A DNA stretch of 64,000 nucleotides from Candidatus Poribacteria bacterium (GCA_965208675.1 OZ242351.1:1280001-1344000), one strand, 5' to 3'; positions 30,191 through 40,817 are shown, counted from the stretch's first letter. Notes: generated by a model from the sequence alone, not told the origin. Program-made: numbers and translations.

Positions 30191-30634
30191 AATAGGTTCT
30201 TCATAATTGAATGTGGCAATGATTTTACTTAGGACTTGCGCAATGAAGCAGTAAGAAAAACCTGTAGGAGCGATCTCCGAATCGCGACCATTTCACTCGA
30301 AAATTACGTACTCATACAGATTACCTGAAATTATTTGCTCTGCTAAGTGTCGAGTTAATTCTGTTGTGCACAATTTTTGGTCACATGAACTATACCGAGC
30401 CAATTCTCGCAGGCCCCTCGGTATTTGGAAATGTCAAGCAGTTGAATCTAAATGCATGCATCGAAGCATCCAAAACTACATCCGGTATCATTGCAATTAG
30501 TTCAAACGCATAAGGCAAACCCCTGTTTCTGTAGCAAGTTTCATTACCAAACCTGACATTAAAGCCCCAATCTAAAGCACTTGTTGCAAAGTGCGCAAGT
30601 CATTTTTTCGCTAATCAATGAGAAAGAACCTATT
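30191..30634. mobile_element. Nested MITE-like element (two inverted-repeat pairs enclosing a REP)
   Basis: Outer IR AATAGGTTCTT..TTGA (17/20 match), inner IR GACTTGCGCA/TGCGCAAGTC, REP at 30264. Confidence 0.45.
30264..30288 (+). repeat. REP-A (GTAG family) copy
   Basis: GTAGGAGCGATCTCCGAATCGCGAC, identical at 46186; GCGAT/ATCGC hairpin. Confidence 0.85.
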
Positions 30635-30729
30635 AAAAAGACGTGTCGTTATTCGATCTGCCCGATGAGAGGCTGAATGATTGCGTTTATTGGGAAAATG
30701 AACTCATTTTTAACAGGAGGAAATTAACA

Positions 30730-31389
30730 TTGGTGAAGAAAATCTGTTGCGTGTTGTCAATCGTAGTCATGCAATTGGGTTGCGGAAGTACCCATCATTA
30801 TGTCGTAGTTTCTCGCGAGGTTCCGGAATCGCCAACATTCACGGTCGTACCTGCGAACTTTCAGATGAAAGAGGTCACATTCGCACATGATGTAGAAAGC
30901 GCCATCATTGCCGCGGGCGTTAAAGTAGCTCGGTATTCTCCTCCCGCCGCGACTGAAGTGACGAAAGAAGCGACACTCGGTGAAAACAAATCAGCCAAAT
31001 TTTTCGAAACTTACGACAACGAAGCGGAGGCCAGAGCGGCCGGCAAAAGCGGATCTGCGAGGGTTACAAAAACCTACTTTGAACTCGAAGGCGGCACTCG
31101 CGCCGATTATTACGTAGAAACCTACGCTTACCGGCGACAAATAAAGATCTCTAATGGCAAGGAGGTCTTAACTGTCTTCGATGCCAAGCCGCTTGGCGGT
31201 ATTGAGCGGGTTGCTATTGGCAATGTTACCGTGTCCACTAACGCGTGGCAATTAAAGATGCATGCAGTTTTGTCAAACATGGGTATTCCTGTAACATCCT
31301 TCGAATCATATGCACAAATTTATACAACGCGACCTGCCACCCGACCTGCCAGAAGAAAGCCTACTCGGTCGGACAGAATTAGGAGGTGA
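30730..31389 (+). CDS. Hypothetical lipoprotein
   Basis: AGGAGG RBS then TTG/GTG; lipobox QLG-C; basic tail. Confidence 0.65.
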   Translation: MVKKICCVLSIVVMQLGCGSTHHYVVVSREVPESPTFTVVPANFQMKEVTFAHDVESAIIAAGVKVARYSPPAATEVTKEATLGENKSAKFFETYDNEAEARAAGKSGSARVTKTYFELEGGTRADYYVETYAYRRQIKISNGKEVLTVFDAKPLGGIERVAIGNVTVSTNAWQLKMHAVLSNMGIPVTSFESYAQIYTTRPATRPARRKPTRSDRIRR

Positions 31390-32065
31390 CTCTTAGGACG
31401 ATGTTGTGCCGGTGCGAAGTAGCGATACTAAACCTCCCATCCTTTATGATTTTCTATTTCTGTCACACGTAGATTTCAGTTGGATGGAGATTGGGTGCTT
31501 ACTTACTACTGATTCAGGTGGTTCTTAAAGGTATAGGAACATCCGAGATTTGGATTTCTAAGGGCGAGGTTATGTCCAATAATGAGGCAATAGAATTGGG
31601 TGCACGCATGTTATTCTTCTCTGATGCTAGGAAGCTAGCGATGAGCTTATCAATCGTATCCTACGCATTTGAAGAAGTCCGTTTGCGCGGACTATAGATG
31701 TATCAGGATTACGCATAATATAGTTCTGCTAAAAATTTGCAATGCTACAGGTGGGCAACAAAGTATGGTTGGCAAAATAGACACATAATTTCCGTGTCCA
31801 ATTTAAGAAAAGAAACTCAACTATATTAAACAGCGAACAACCATTTTAGCGGGAGACGGTGTCTGTGAACATCGCGAGCAAATCTATGACTTTGGCCATG
31901 GCGTAAAACCGATCTTGGGGTTTATGCACAAACAATTGGCATTCAATTACAGGATTCTAAATGTAAATTGAGAACCTCGCAAGACAATCCATCCGGACAC
32001 AGACTCTGAGCGTGGAAAGTCCGTCAATTGGAATTAAACCTTTTGGACTTAGGCCGCCGCAGAAT

Positions 32066-33307
32066 TTACGTCCCAACCCATCGCTCCCGCAATACCGAAA
32101 TACGTTGGAGCACCGGCGGGTGACTGTAGTTTAGGAATACAGCAAAGGGGTGGGGCGTGAGGTTTCCGAGGTTGGCGACCGATAAATGCTTCAGTGCTAA
32201 AATCAAGGGTTCAGCCGAACCGGTCGTCTCGGCCGCAAACGTATCGGCTTCATACTCGTGCTTGCGGGACATGGCGTTCATGGCGACAGATAGCACCAAT
32301 TCAATCGGTGAATATAGGATAGAAAAAAACACAAGACCCGCATAGACAGAAACCGATTCCATGCGAAATGCATCAAACAGCCCGCGGTTTTCCACAAACA
32401 GAGACAGAAGAAATAGCAGGATTCCCGTATGAATAATGGACAATATCATGCCCTTCAGGACATGCCTTCTCTTGTAATGGCCGACCTCATGGGCAATGAT
32501 GGCGACCATCTCCTCAACAGAATGCTTATCCATCAGCGTGTCAAATAGTGCAATCCGCTTCTTGAGAAAACCGCTAAAATAGGCGCTCGAGTGCGCTGAA
32601 CGCTTGGACCCATCCATCACACAAATCTCTTTGAGTGCAAATCCCACCTTATCGGCGTAATGCTGAATACCGCTTTTCAAATCACCTTCATCCAAGGGAG
32701 TAAACTTGTTGAACAGCGGCGCAATGACTGTTGTGAACAGCGGTTGAGCGGCAATAATGAAAAACGATACAAATGCCCAGGTATACAGCCACGCATAAGC
32801 GCCCGCAATTTCAAAGAAGAACAAAATCCCTCCCAGTAAAATCGAACCCAAAATAATTACCAAACCGTAGCTCTTCACTTTATCCAGCACAAACATCTTT
32901 GCGGTCATCTTATTGAACCCAAATCGTTCTTCTATGACAAAATTGTGATAGAGAACGAACGGAATTGAGATGATGTCTTGGACAAAATACAGTAAACCAA
33001 AGAATGCAAGACCGGTGAAAATTGGGTTAAATTCAAGTCCACGCACAAATTGATCCACCAGATTGAATCCACCCAGCACAATAAAGGCGGCAATCAACAC
33101 CACATCGAAGCTGGAAGAAAAATACGCAAATTTCGCCTTCGCCTTTGTGTACTCCTGCGACTGGCTGTATTTTTCCTCGTCATAAAATCCGCTAAATTCA
33201 CCTGGCAACGTCTTATCCAGTGAATTGAGGTTTAGGTAGCGTGCTGTGCTGCGGAGCACAAACTCCCCAAATAGTGCGGTGAGAATAATCGCTAGGTATA
33301 GATTCAT
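32066..33307 (-). CDS. Ste24/M48 endopeptidase
   Basis: IEERFGFNK, MDGSKRS, AHEVGH, HEYEAD, YSHPPVLQRI. Confidence 0.93.
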   Translation of the reverse strand: MNLYLAIILTALFGEFVLRSTARYLNLNSLDKTLPGEFSGFYDEEKYSQSQEYTKAKAKFAYFSSSFDVVLIAAFIVLGGFNLVDQFVRGLEFNPIFTGLAFFGLLYFVQDIISIPFVLYHNFVIEERFGFNKMTAKMFVLDKVKSYGLVIILGSILLGGILFFFEIAGAYAWLYTWAFVSFFIIAAQPLFTTVIAPLFNKFTPLDEGDLKSGIQHYADKVGFALKEICVMDGSKRSAHSSAYFSGFLKKRIALFDTLMDKHSVEEMVAIIAHEVGHYKRRHVLKGMILSIIHTGILLFLLSLFVENRGLFDAFRMESVSVYAGLVFFSILYSPIELVLSVAMNAMSRKHEYEADTFAAETTGSAEPLILALKHLSVANLGNLTPHPFAVFLNYSHPPVLQRISVLRERWVGT

Positions 33308-33501
33308 AAAACCGGCCCGTTTCTACCCATTTCGTCCAATAAAGGTCGTCTATATACCACAATTCAATGCCATCAGTTTAGCAGATAGGCAGCGCGGGAA
33401 TCAACATCTTTTTGCAATTGTCTTTTAACCCTTGCCGTGATATACTTCCTTTGAAAGTAGAAAATTTGGACAATGCATAACCAATCAAATGAGAACCTCA
33501 T

Positions 33502-35580
33502 ATGGCACGGGAATACGCGATCGAACGCGTGCGTAATATCGGTATCATGGCGCACATCGACGCCGGCAAAACCACCACCACAGAACGTATTTTATTCTAC
33601 ACGGGCAAGAAACACAAGATTGGCAAAGTAGATGACGGCACGGCTGAGATGGATTGGATGGTGCAGGAACGCGAACACGGCATTACCATCACGGCTGCAG
33701 CCACAACTTGTTTGTGGCATAATCACGCAATTCATCTGATTGACACCCCAGGCCATGTTGATTTCACTGTCGAGGTCGAGCGCTCTCTCCGCGTGCTCGA
33801 CGGCGCCATCGCACTTTTCTGTGCCGTTGGCGGTGTTGAACCCCAGTCCGAAACAGTTTGGCATCAGGCAGATCGGTACCGTATTCCTCGCATCGCCTTT
33901 ATAAACAAGATGGATCGGGTCGGCGCAAATTTTTGCCGTGTCATAAAGATGATGGAAGAAGTGTTAAATGCTAACCCTTTGTTGATACAATTGCCAATCG
34001 GATCTGAAAGCCAGTTTTCCGGAGTAATCGATCTAATCCACATGAAAGCTATCCACTGGAACGTTGACGATCAAGGGTGGACGTTCGATTCGCAGGAGAT
34101 TCCTTCGGAACTGCAATCAGAAGCGCGTGAGGCGCGTGAGGCAATGATTGAGATTGTCGCCGGTGAGGATGATTTCTTGCTTGAGAAATACCTCGAAGGT
34201 GCTGAAATTAATGAAGCCGAGTTGCTAAACGGGATTCGCACCGGTACGCTAAATAATGCATTCTGTCCGGTTTTATGCGGAACCGCCCTAAAAAACCAAG
34301 GCGTGCAACCCTTGCTTGATGCCGTCATCCAATTTTTACCTTCGCCGCTTGATGTGCCTCCGATTGAGGGAACACACCCGAAAACAGAAAAATCGGATAC
34401 CCGCGAAGCAAAAGATAACGCCCCGTTCTCGGCTTTGGCGTTCAAAATCGCAAGCGATCCGAATGTGGACAAGATCATTTACTGCCGTATCTACTCTGGC
34501 ACGCTCAGGCGCGGTGATGTGCTCTACAACGTCGCGAAGAATACAAGAGAGCGTGTGACCCGAATTCTCGAAATGCACGCCAACAAGCAATTGGTCTGCG
34601 ATGAAATGCATGCAGGAGACATTGTCGCCCTTGTAGGCTTGAAAAAAACTACTACCGGTGACACGCTGACTCATGCCAGGCATCCGATTTTGTTGGAATC
34701 GATAACATTCCCCAATCCCGTTATCTCCGTCGCAATCGAACCCACATCCCAAAGCGATAAGGACAAACTTGAAGAGACGCTTCAAGTCTTAATGGAAGAA
34801 GATCCGACGTTCTCCGTCGCCATCGACAAAGAAACAGGGCAGAGAGTAATCTCCGGCATGGGCGAACTTCATCTGGAAATCTTGGCGGATCGGATGATTC
34901 GAGAGTTTGGCGTAAACGCTCGCGTCAGTCAGTTACAGGTTGCGTATCGTGAGACCATCGGTGCGGTTGCGGAAGCACAGGGAAAGTATATCCACAAAAC
35001 GGAAGAGGAGGGCATTTACGGGGATGTTGTGCTGCGCGTAGAGCCGCTACCCAGAAAACAAGGATTTCAGTTCGTCAATGAAAGTAGCGACCTGCAAATC
35101 CCGGTGCAATACATCCCCGCGATTGAAGGCGCGCTCAAAGGCGCAATGAACAACGGCGTTTTGGCTGGCGTCCCGATGCAAGACATCAAAGTCGCGCTCA
35201 CCGGCGGTTCATATCATGAAACCGATTCATCGGAAATTGGGTTTGAGGCTGCTGCTGTCGTCGCATTTGAAAATGCACTTAAGAAAGCACACCCGCTTTT
35301 GCTAGAGCCCATCATGAGAATGCAAGTCATTGTGTCCAGTGAGTTCATCGGAAAAGTGATTGGCGATCTCAGCGCACGGCGCGCGCAAATTAACCAAACC
35401 GAGAGCCGTGGATTGTCAGAAGTTCTCAATGCGTACGTTCCACTAGCGGAGACATTTAAATATACAACCGATTTGCGTTCGATGACGCAAGGACGCGGGA
35501 CGTTCACAATGGAGCTTGCACACTATGACGTTGTACCCGCCAATCTCCGCGACAAAATTTTAAATCGAAACTGGTTTTAA
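33502..35580 (+). CDS. fusA: Elongation factor G (stand-alone divergent paralog)
   Basis: [46 protein letters not shown]; no rpsL/rpsG/tuf adjacent. Confidence 0.9.
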   Translation: MAREYAIERVRNIGIMAHIDAGKTTTTERILFYTGKKHKIGKVDDGTAEMDWMVQEREHGITITAAATTCLWHNHAIHLIDTPGHVDFTVEVERSLRVLDGAIALFCAVGGVEPQSETVWHQADRYRIPRIAFINKMDRVGANFCRVIKMMEEVLNANPLLIQLPIGSESQFSGVIDLIHMKAIHWNVDDQGWTFDSQEIPSELQSEAREAREAMIEIVAGEDDFLLEKYLEGAEINEAELLNGIRTGTLNNAFCPVLCGTALKNQGVQPLLDAVIQFLPSPLDVPPIEGTHPKTEKSDTREAKDNAPFSALAFKIASDPNVDKIIYCRIYSGTLRRGDVLYNVAKNTRERVTRILEMHANKQLVCDEMHAGDIVALVGLKKTTTGDTLTHARHPILLESITFPNPVISVAIEPTSQSDKDKLEETLQVLMEEDPTFSVAIDKETGQRVISGMGELHLEILADRMIREFGVNARVSQLQVAYRETIGAVAEAQGKYIHKTEEEGIYGDVVLRVEPLPRKQGFQFVNESSDLQIPVQYIPAIEGALKGAMNNGVLAGVPMQDIKVALTGGSYHETDSSEIGFEAAAVVAFENALKKAHPLLLEPIMRMQVIVSSEFIGKVIGDLSARRAQINQTESRGLSEVLNAYVPLAETFKYTTDLRSMTQGRGTFTMELAHYDVVPANLRDKILNRNWF

Positions 35581-35604
35581 GGCCGAAAATACGGTTGAAA
35601 TCAC

Positions 35605-36741
35605 ATGTTCCAAAGGGCAATTGAATTCGCAACGATTGTGAGTTCCTTTATTGTTCAACGTATTCTCTATCGCAATGTATTGCCTGTTGACTTCAAACCC
35701 CGCCGAATCCTAGTCGTAAAGTTGGATCACTTAGGCGATATGCTGCTCGCCACGCCTGTATTCTCAAACCTACGCAGCGCCTATCCGCATGCGCAAATCC
35801 ACGCGCTCGTCGGCAGAATAGGTGTTCTAGTCTTGCAAAACCATCCCGATGTGAACAAAACCGTACGGTATGATGCCCGATTTTTCTCTCGAACGGAACG
35901 ACCGATGCAAATGAGGTATGCATTTCAATTATGCCGTAACCTGCGCCGCAATAAATACGATTTGCTAATTGACCTGCGAGGCGACTGGCTGACAGTCCTT
36001 TTCGCACTGTTAAAAGGCACGTTTTATCGCCTCGATCTCGCATCGCTGCAAACTGAAAACAAACTCGGGATTTTTGAATTCAGTGGTTCGCACCAATTGG
36101 ACCGTAACCTTGATGTCCTTCGTACCGCGCGCATTCCAACGCCACACAGGGCGCCGATATTTCAACCGTCGCTGGCTGATAAGCAGTGGACCGATGAGTT
36201 TCTTAACAGCGCGAATATAGTCAACGATCTCCCCTTGATTGCCATCCATCCCGGCTCCCCAGTTAAGCTCAAGAGCTGGCGCCCTGAACGATATGCGGCG
36301 GTTGCAGATTGGCTTGTTACAAACAAAGGCGCGCAAATACTTTTCGTCGGCGTGAAGTCTGAGGTTTCCGCCATTGCACATGTTCAGGAACACATGCAAC
36401 GGGAATCCGCCAATGCCGCAGGATCAACAAACTTATCTCAACTCGCAGGCATTCTGGGGCGTTGCAATCTGTTTATTGGGAATGACAGCGGTCCTATGCA
36501 CCTCGCCGCCGCCGTAGGCACTCAGACGATTGGCTTATACGGACCTGGCAATCCAGCGCGCTTTGGACCGGTTGGTGCGCACAGCCGCACGATTCGGCGG
36601 ATGCCAAATTGTCCACCGTGTATGGGAACTTCCTGTAAATTTGGCGGGGACGGATGTATGAAGGAGATTGAGGCAGGTGAGGTAATTCACATGGCGGAAC
36701 AACGTTTGATACCGCGCACAGACTGTAACGATGGAACATAG
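35605..36741 (+). CDS. GT9 (heptosyltransferase-like) glycosyltransferase
   Basis: LGDMLLATP, IHPGS, GNDSGPMHLAAA. Confidence 0.9.
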   Translation: MFQRAIEFATIVSSFIVQRILYRNVLPVDFKPRRILVVKLDHLGDMLLATPVFSNLRSAYPHAQIHALVGRIGVLVLQNHPDVNKTVRYDARFFSRTERPMQMRYAFQLCRNLRRNKYDLLIDLRGDWLTVLFALLKGTFYRLDLASLQTENKLGIFEFSGSHQLDRNLDVLRTARIPTPHRAPIFQPSLADKQWTDEFLNSANIVNDLPLIAIHPGSPVKLKSWRPERYAAVADWLVTNKGAQILFVGVKSEVSAIAHVQEHMQRESANAAGSTNLSQLAGILGRCNLFIGNDSGPMHLAAAVGTQTIGLYGPGNPARFGPVGAHSRTIRRMPNCPPCMGTSCKFGGDGCMKEIEAGEVIHMAEQRLIPRTDCNDGT

Positions 36742-36756
36742 CCGATAAATAGCGAT

Positions 36757-37488
36757 TCATCCAGAAGCGGCGAGAAACCTTTCAATCTCTGTCTTAAGGT
36801 CTTGATTCACCGCTTCAATGCTGCGAGACGCATCAACCACTGTAAAACCAAATTCCTCGGTCATTCTGTCAAACTCTTGAATGATTCGAGTTTGATACCG
36901 CACAAAACTCTCATACACGTCTCCTGAGAGTCCAATATCCATGCCCGATTCCCAGTAGCTCATGCTGCGACCGGATTCAAATGTGCGCCGAATCAAATCC
37001 TCGACGCCAATCCTCAAGTAGATAACCAGATCCGGTATCAACGCAAAACCGTATACCTCGCGAAGCCAGATTGGATCAATGCCCCGTACGATATGACGTG
37101 CGAACGCAGTGTACATATAGCGGTCGGCAAGAACGATAAATCCGCCCTTAAGCGCCGGAATAATCACATTTTCCAGTCGATCGGCAAAATCAGCGGCATA
37201 CAAGACACTGAAAGTAATCTGGTTTAAGGTATTGCCTTTCTTGACTGAGTCAATTGCCGGGCCCAACAACGGAGAGCGCGTCCATCCGGTATTCACGACG
37301 CCGTAACCTTTCACCTCAAGCCATTTCGTCAAATTGTCACTCAACGTCGGCTTGCCTAGGCTATCGACGCCCTCAATATGTGTCGATCTGCCAACCGCGT
37401 CAGTACCTTCAATTACAATTAATCTGCCGGACAAATCGCTCACATCAAGGTAGGGCATACCATTACCGTAGAACATCCGATCTTTCAT
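36757..37488 (-). CDS. Thymidylate kinase-like protein (atypical, duplicated P-loop)
   Basis: IEGTDAVGRST, YAADFADR, ADRY, ESGMD. Confidence 0.85.
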   Translation of the reverse strand: MKDRMFYGNGMPYLDVSDLSGRLIVIEGTDAVGRSTHIEGVDSLGKPTLSDNLTKWLEVKGYGVVNTGWTRSPLLGPAIDSVKKGNTLNQITFSVLYAADFADRLENVIIPALKGGFIVLADRYMYTAFARHIVRGIDPIWLREVYGFALIPDLVIYLRIGVEDLIRRTFESGRSMSYWESGMDIGLSGDVYESFVRYQTRIIQEFDRMTEEFGFTVVDASRSIEAVNQDLKTEIERFLAASG

Positions 37489-37637
37489 CTGTTTTTCCTT
37501 GCGAAGTTAGGCTCATGTCGAAGGCAACATCTGTAGCCTTGAAGCTTTGCCAAATGCCTGCTCGGCAATAGTCCAAACGCATAATACGTTATAACTCTTC
37601 AAACCAACGATTTCATGAAGAACGGGGGTGTCAAGGC

Positions 37638-38351
37638 TTACGCTTCTTTATGAAATCGTTCAAGCCCCATTGGTCGATGATGCTTATCATAGTCAATCAA
37701 TGCCTTCCGAACAACCTCACGAACAAGTTCCTGCTGTTTGTCAATTGGGCCGCTGCCGTCAATCACGGTCAATCCATATTCAGTCGCCAATCGATCGTAT
37801 TCTTTGAGGACACGGCCCTGGAAGATTTTGAAGCTGGTCGTCGAATCTTCACTTAAACCCAAGTCCATTCCCGCCTCGTAAAATTTGAGCTTTCCCCGTC
37901 CAATTCTAATCCGCTTAATGGACACATCAATTGAAACTTTAAAATAAAACGCTATGTCTGGTTTCACAGCGAAGGAATACAGATTGCGCACCCAATCTGG
38001 GTGGACCCCGCGGGAAACATCTCGCGCGAATGCTGTAAAAGCATAACGGTCAGACATTACAATCATCCCCGCTTCTAGTGGCGGAATAATCATATTTGCC
38101 AATCGATCGGCGAAATCAGTTGCGTGCATGATGCTGAATGTCGTCGGCGTTAGCAAATTTCTCTTTTTGCCTTTCCGGGTAGTCTGCTTCACGAGGGGAG
38201 AAGAATTCCATTCCGTGTAAAACACACTATAACCTTCCGACACCAACCACTTGCGCAAGAGGTCTAATTGTGTGCTCTTTCCTGAACCGTCAATTCCCTC
38301 AACCACGAACAGCCTTCCGGGATACGGATGAGGTTGTGTTAACATGTTCAT
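37638..38351 (-). CDS. tmk: Thymidylate kinase-like protein
   Basis: VEGIDGSGKSTQ, HATDFADR, SDRY, YEAGMD. Confidence 0.8.
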   Translation of the reverse strand: MNMLTQPHPYPGRLFVVEGIDGSGKSTQLDLLRKWLVSEGYSVFYTEWNSSPLVKQTTRKGKKRNLLTPTTFSIMHATDFADRLANMIIPPLEAGMIVMSDRYAFTAFARDVSRGVHPDWVRNLYSFAVKPDIAFYFKVSIDVSIKRIRIGRGKLKFYEAGMDLGLSEDSTTSFKIFQGRVLKEYDRLATEYGLTVIDGSGPIDKQQELVREVVRKALIDYDKHHRPMGLERFHKEA

Positions 38352-38556
38352 CTTTTCCTCCTACTCTCAATCCTGGCTGAAAATAGTACTATCCAAATTG
38401 CATTGAACCATCGACCTCCTATTACCGCACTCACGAAAATTTTAATTGCTTTTCAACGAGCGAAACGGCATCAGTTTCGTTTCTGTGTCAAAGCGCATCC
38501 GACATTGGCCAAATTGATTCGTTACGCTAGCCTGCTCAGAGAAGCACAAGATAGGT

Positions 38557-38955
38557 TCAGTTATGTAGGGTACGGTCGCTAATGTGAGTTATGAGCACCT
38601 CATTGTTCTTCCGCATCTCATCTCGGATTTCTCTCATGTCTCCACGAATTTCTTCTCGGATTTCTTTCATTTCTTCGCGGGATTCTTCTCGGATTTCTTT
38701 CAAATCCTCACGCGTTTCTTTTATTTCCGCTCGCATTACTTTCATTTCTTCTCGAAAAACGCTAAATTGAGTTGCCATATCACTACGCAAATCGTCTATC
38801 CGTTTGCCGAGTGAGTTGCCGAGATCGTCTATTCGCTTGCCGCAATCATCAACCCGCTTTCCCAGCGCGTTGGTGATGTAATAGCCGATAGTACCAATGC
38901 CACCGATATAAGCAATTAACAATACGGCCAATTGCAAGGTGACATTCCAGTCCAT
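38557..38955 (-). CDS. N-terminally membrane-anchored coiled-coil protein (short paralog)
   Basis: TM helix then GKRIDD modules and (E/D)MKEIRE heptads; near-identical to 39036-39608. Confidence 0.85.
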   Translation of the reverse strand: MDWNVTLQLAVLLIAYIGGIGTIGYYITNALGKRVDDCGKRIDDLGNSLGKRIDDLRSDMATQFSVFREEMKVMRAEIKETREDLKEIREESREEMKEIREEIRGDMREIRDEMRKNNEVLITHISDRTLHN

Positions 38956-39035
38956 TTCCATTCCCCCTGCTTGGTGTGCCATAATATACTATCCCGCACA
39001 AAATTCCGTCCCTTTAAGAGAAGGATGTGCACGGA

Positions 39036-39608
39036 TTAGTTATGTAGCGTATGGTCGCTTATGTGAGTTATGAGCAGCTCATTATTCTTCCGTATCTCAT
39101 CTCGGATATCTCTCATGTCTCCACGGATGTCTTCTCGGATTTCTTTCATTTCTTCGCGGGATTCTTCTCGGATTTCTTTTAAATCCTCACGCGTTTCTTT
39201 TATTTCCGCTCGCATTACTTTCATTTCTTCTCGAAAAACGCTAAATTGAGTTACCATATCACTACGCAAATCGTCTATACGACTGCCGAGCGAGTCACCG
39301 AGATCCGCTGTGTGCTTGTTGCTATCGTCTATCCGTTTGCCGAGTGAGTCACCGACATCCTCAATCCGTTTGCCGAGTGAGTCACCGACATCCCTAATCC
39401 GTTTGCCGAGTGAGTCGCCGAGATCCGCTGTGTACCTGCCGCTATCGTCTACCCGATTGCCAAGTGAGACGCTGACATCCTCTATTCGCTTGCCGCAATC
39501 ATCAACCCGCTTTCCCAGCGCGTTGGTGATGTAATAGCCGATAGTACCAATTCCACCGATATAAGCAATTAACAATACGGCTAACTGCAAGGTGACATTC
39601 CAGTCCAT
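39036..39608 (-). CDS. N-terminally membrane-anchored coiled-coil protein (long paralog)
   Basis: Same N- and C-termini plus 58 extra residues of 7/11-aa modules; 33-bp DNA repeats near 39330-39420. Confidence 0.85.
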   Translation of the reverse strand: MDWNVTLQLAVLLIAYIGGIGTIGYYITNALGKRVDDCGKRIEDVSVSLGNRVDDSGRYTADLGDSLGKRIRDVGDSLGKRIEDVGDSLGKRIDDSNKHTADLGDSLGSRIDDLRSDMVTQFSVFREEMKVMRAEIKETREDLKEIREESREEMKEIREDIRGDMRDIRDEIRKNNELLITHISDHTLHN

Positions 39609-39734
39609 TTTGATACCCCTTTATGGTGTGCGACAAATCACCATTCTGCATATCATATTTACTTTCGGGCATAATGTACCACATTCAAGATGGAATTGCA
39701 ATTACCATCAATCAGCAAATCATACAGCCTCAGC

Positions 39735-40802
39735 CTAAACGTCACGCGGCGGCGGCGTTATGTCTTCTCCTAACATCTGGCGCGCCAAAACTGCGCCGCC
39801 GATGACACCCGCATTGTCCCCGAGTTCAGCGCCTACGATTTGGACACCCTCCATCGTACTCGGCAATACGTGTTTCGCCGTCGTGCTGCGGATGCCATCC
39901 AGAAAACCGTCTCCCATCGCTTCGATAAGTCCTCCCCCCAGCACAATCATCTCGGGGTTTAAAAAATTTATGATTGAAGCAACCCCGATCCCCAGATATT
40001 TCTGAGCTCGGCGCATCACCTTCGCCGTCAACTTGTCACCGCGGCGTACTGCTTTTGCTAAGGTACTGCTGCGAATCAAACCTAAATTTCCACCGTTCAA
40101 CTTTAGCAAAACGCTCGATTTGCCATGTTTGAGTATGGCTTTCCGTAGTTGCCGCGTTATTGCTGTACGGCTCGCAACAGCTTCCAAACACCCTAAGTTT
40201 CCGCAACCGCAGCGCGGACCGTCGGATTTGACTATAATGTGTCCAACTTCACCGGCAGTATTACTTGCGCCGCGGAACAGTCTACCATCTAAAATTATCC
40301 CGCCGCCGATTCCGGTACCAACGAAAATCCCAACGAGGGATTTGACCCCAAGCCCAACCCCGGAAGCCGACTCCCCTAATGTACATAGATTGACATCGTT
40401 TTCGACGAATATCGGAATACCCATGCGTGCTTCAAGTTTTGCTTTGAGAGGTACATTCGACCAGCCGAGGTTCGGGGCAAAGATAACAACACCTGTCTCC
40501 GGATCAAGCGGTCCCGGGGCGCCAATCCCAATTGCCTGAATCTGAGTGGATTCCAGCCCCGTTCCATCAATCGCATTTCGAATGCACCGAGCAATCCGAT
40601 CAATCACTTCATGCGGGTCTTTATCTGCCTTCGTGGCGATTTTCGATCGAGATAGAATCCTTCCCGCTGCATTGACGACTGACGCCAAAATCTTTGTGCC
40701 GCCCATATCTACGCCGACGACATATTCATTGGAGGAATGAATATCCGTGAATCGTGCTCGTGTATGATTCATCTCGCTTCTCTCCCATTGCAAAAAAGGC
40801 AA
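39735..40802 (-). CDS. ROK-family sugar kinase (glucokinase-like)
   Basis: GVDMGGTK, ENDVN, GTGIGGG, GEVGH, CGCGNLGCLE. Confidence 0.92.
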   Translation of the reverse strand: MPFLQWERSEMNHTRARFTDIHSSNEYVVGVDMGGTKILASVVNAAGRILSRSKIATKADKDPHEVIDRIARCIRNAIDGTGLESTQIQAIGIGAPGPLDPETGVVIFAPNLGWSNVPLKAKLEARMGIPIFVENDVNLCTLGESASGVGLGVKSLVGIFVGTGIGGGIILDGRLFRGASNTAGEVGHIIVKSDGPRCGCGNLGCLEAVASRTAITRQLRKAILKHGKSSVLLKLNGGNLGLIRSSTLAKAVRRGDKLTAKVMRRAQKYLGIGVASIINFLNPEMIVLGGGLIEAMGDGFLDGIRSTTAKHVLPSTMEGVQIVGAELGDNAGVIGGAVLARQMLGEDITPPPRDV

Positions 40803-40817
40803 AAGCCTGTTCCCAAT

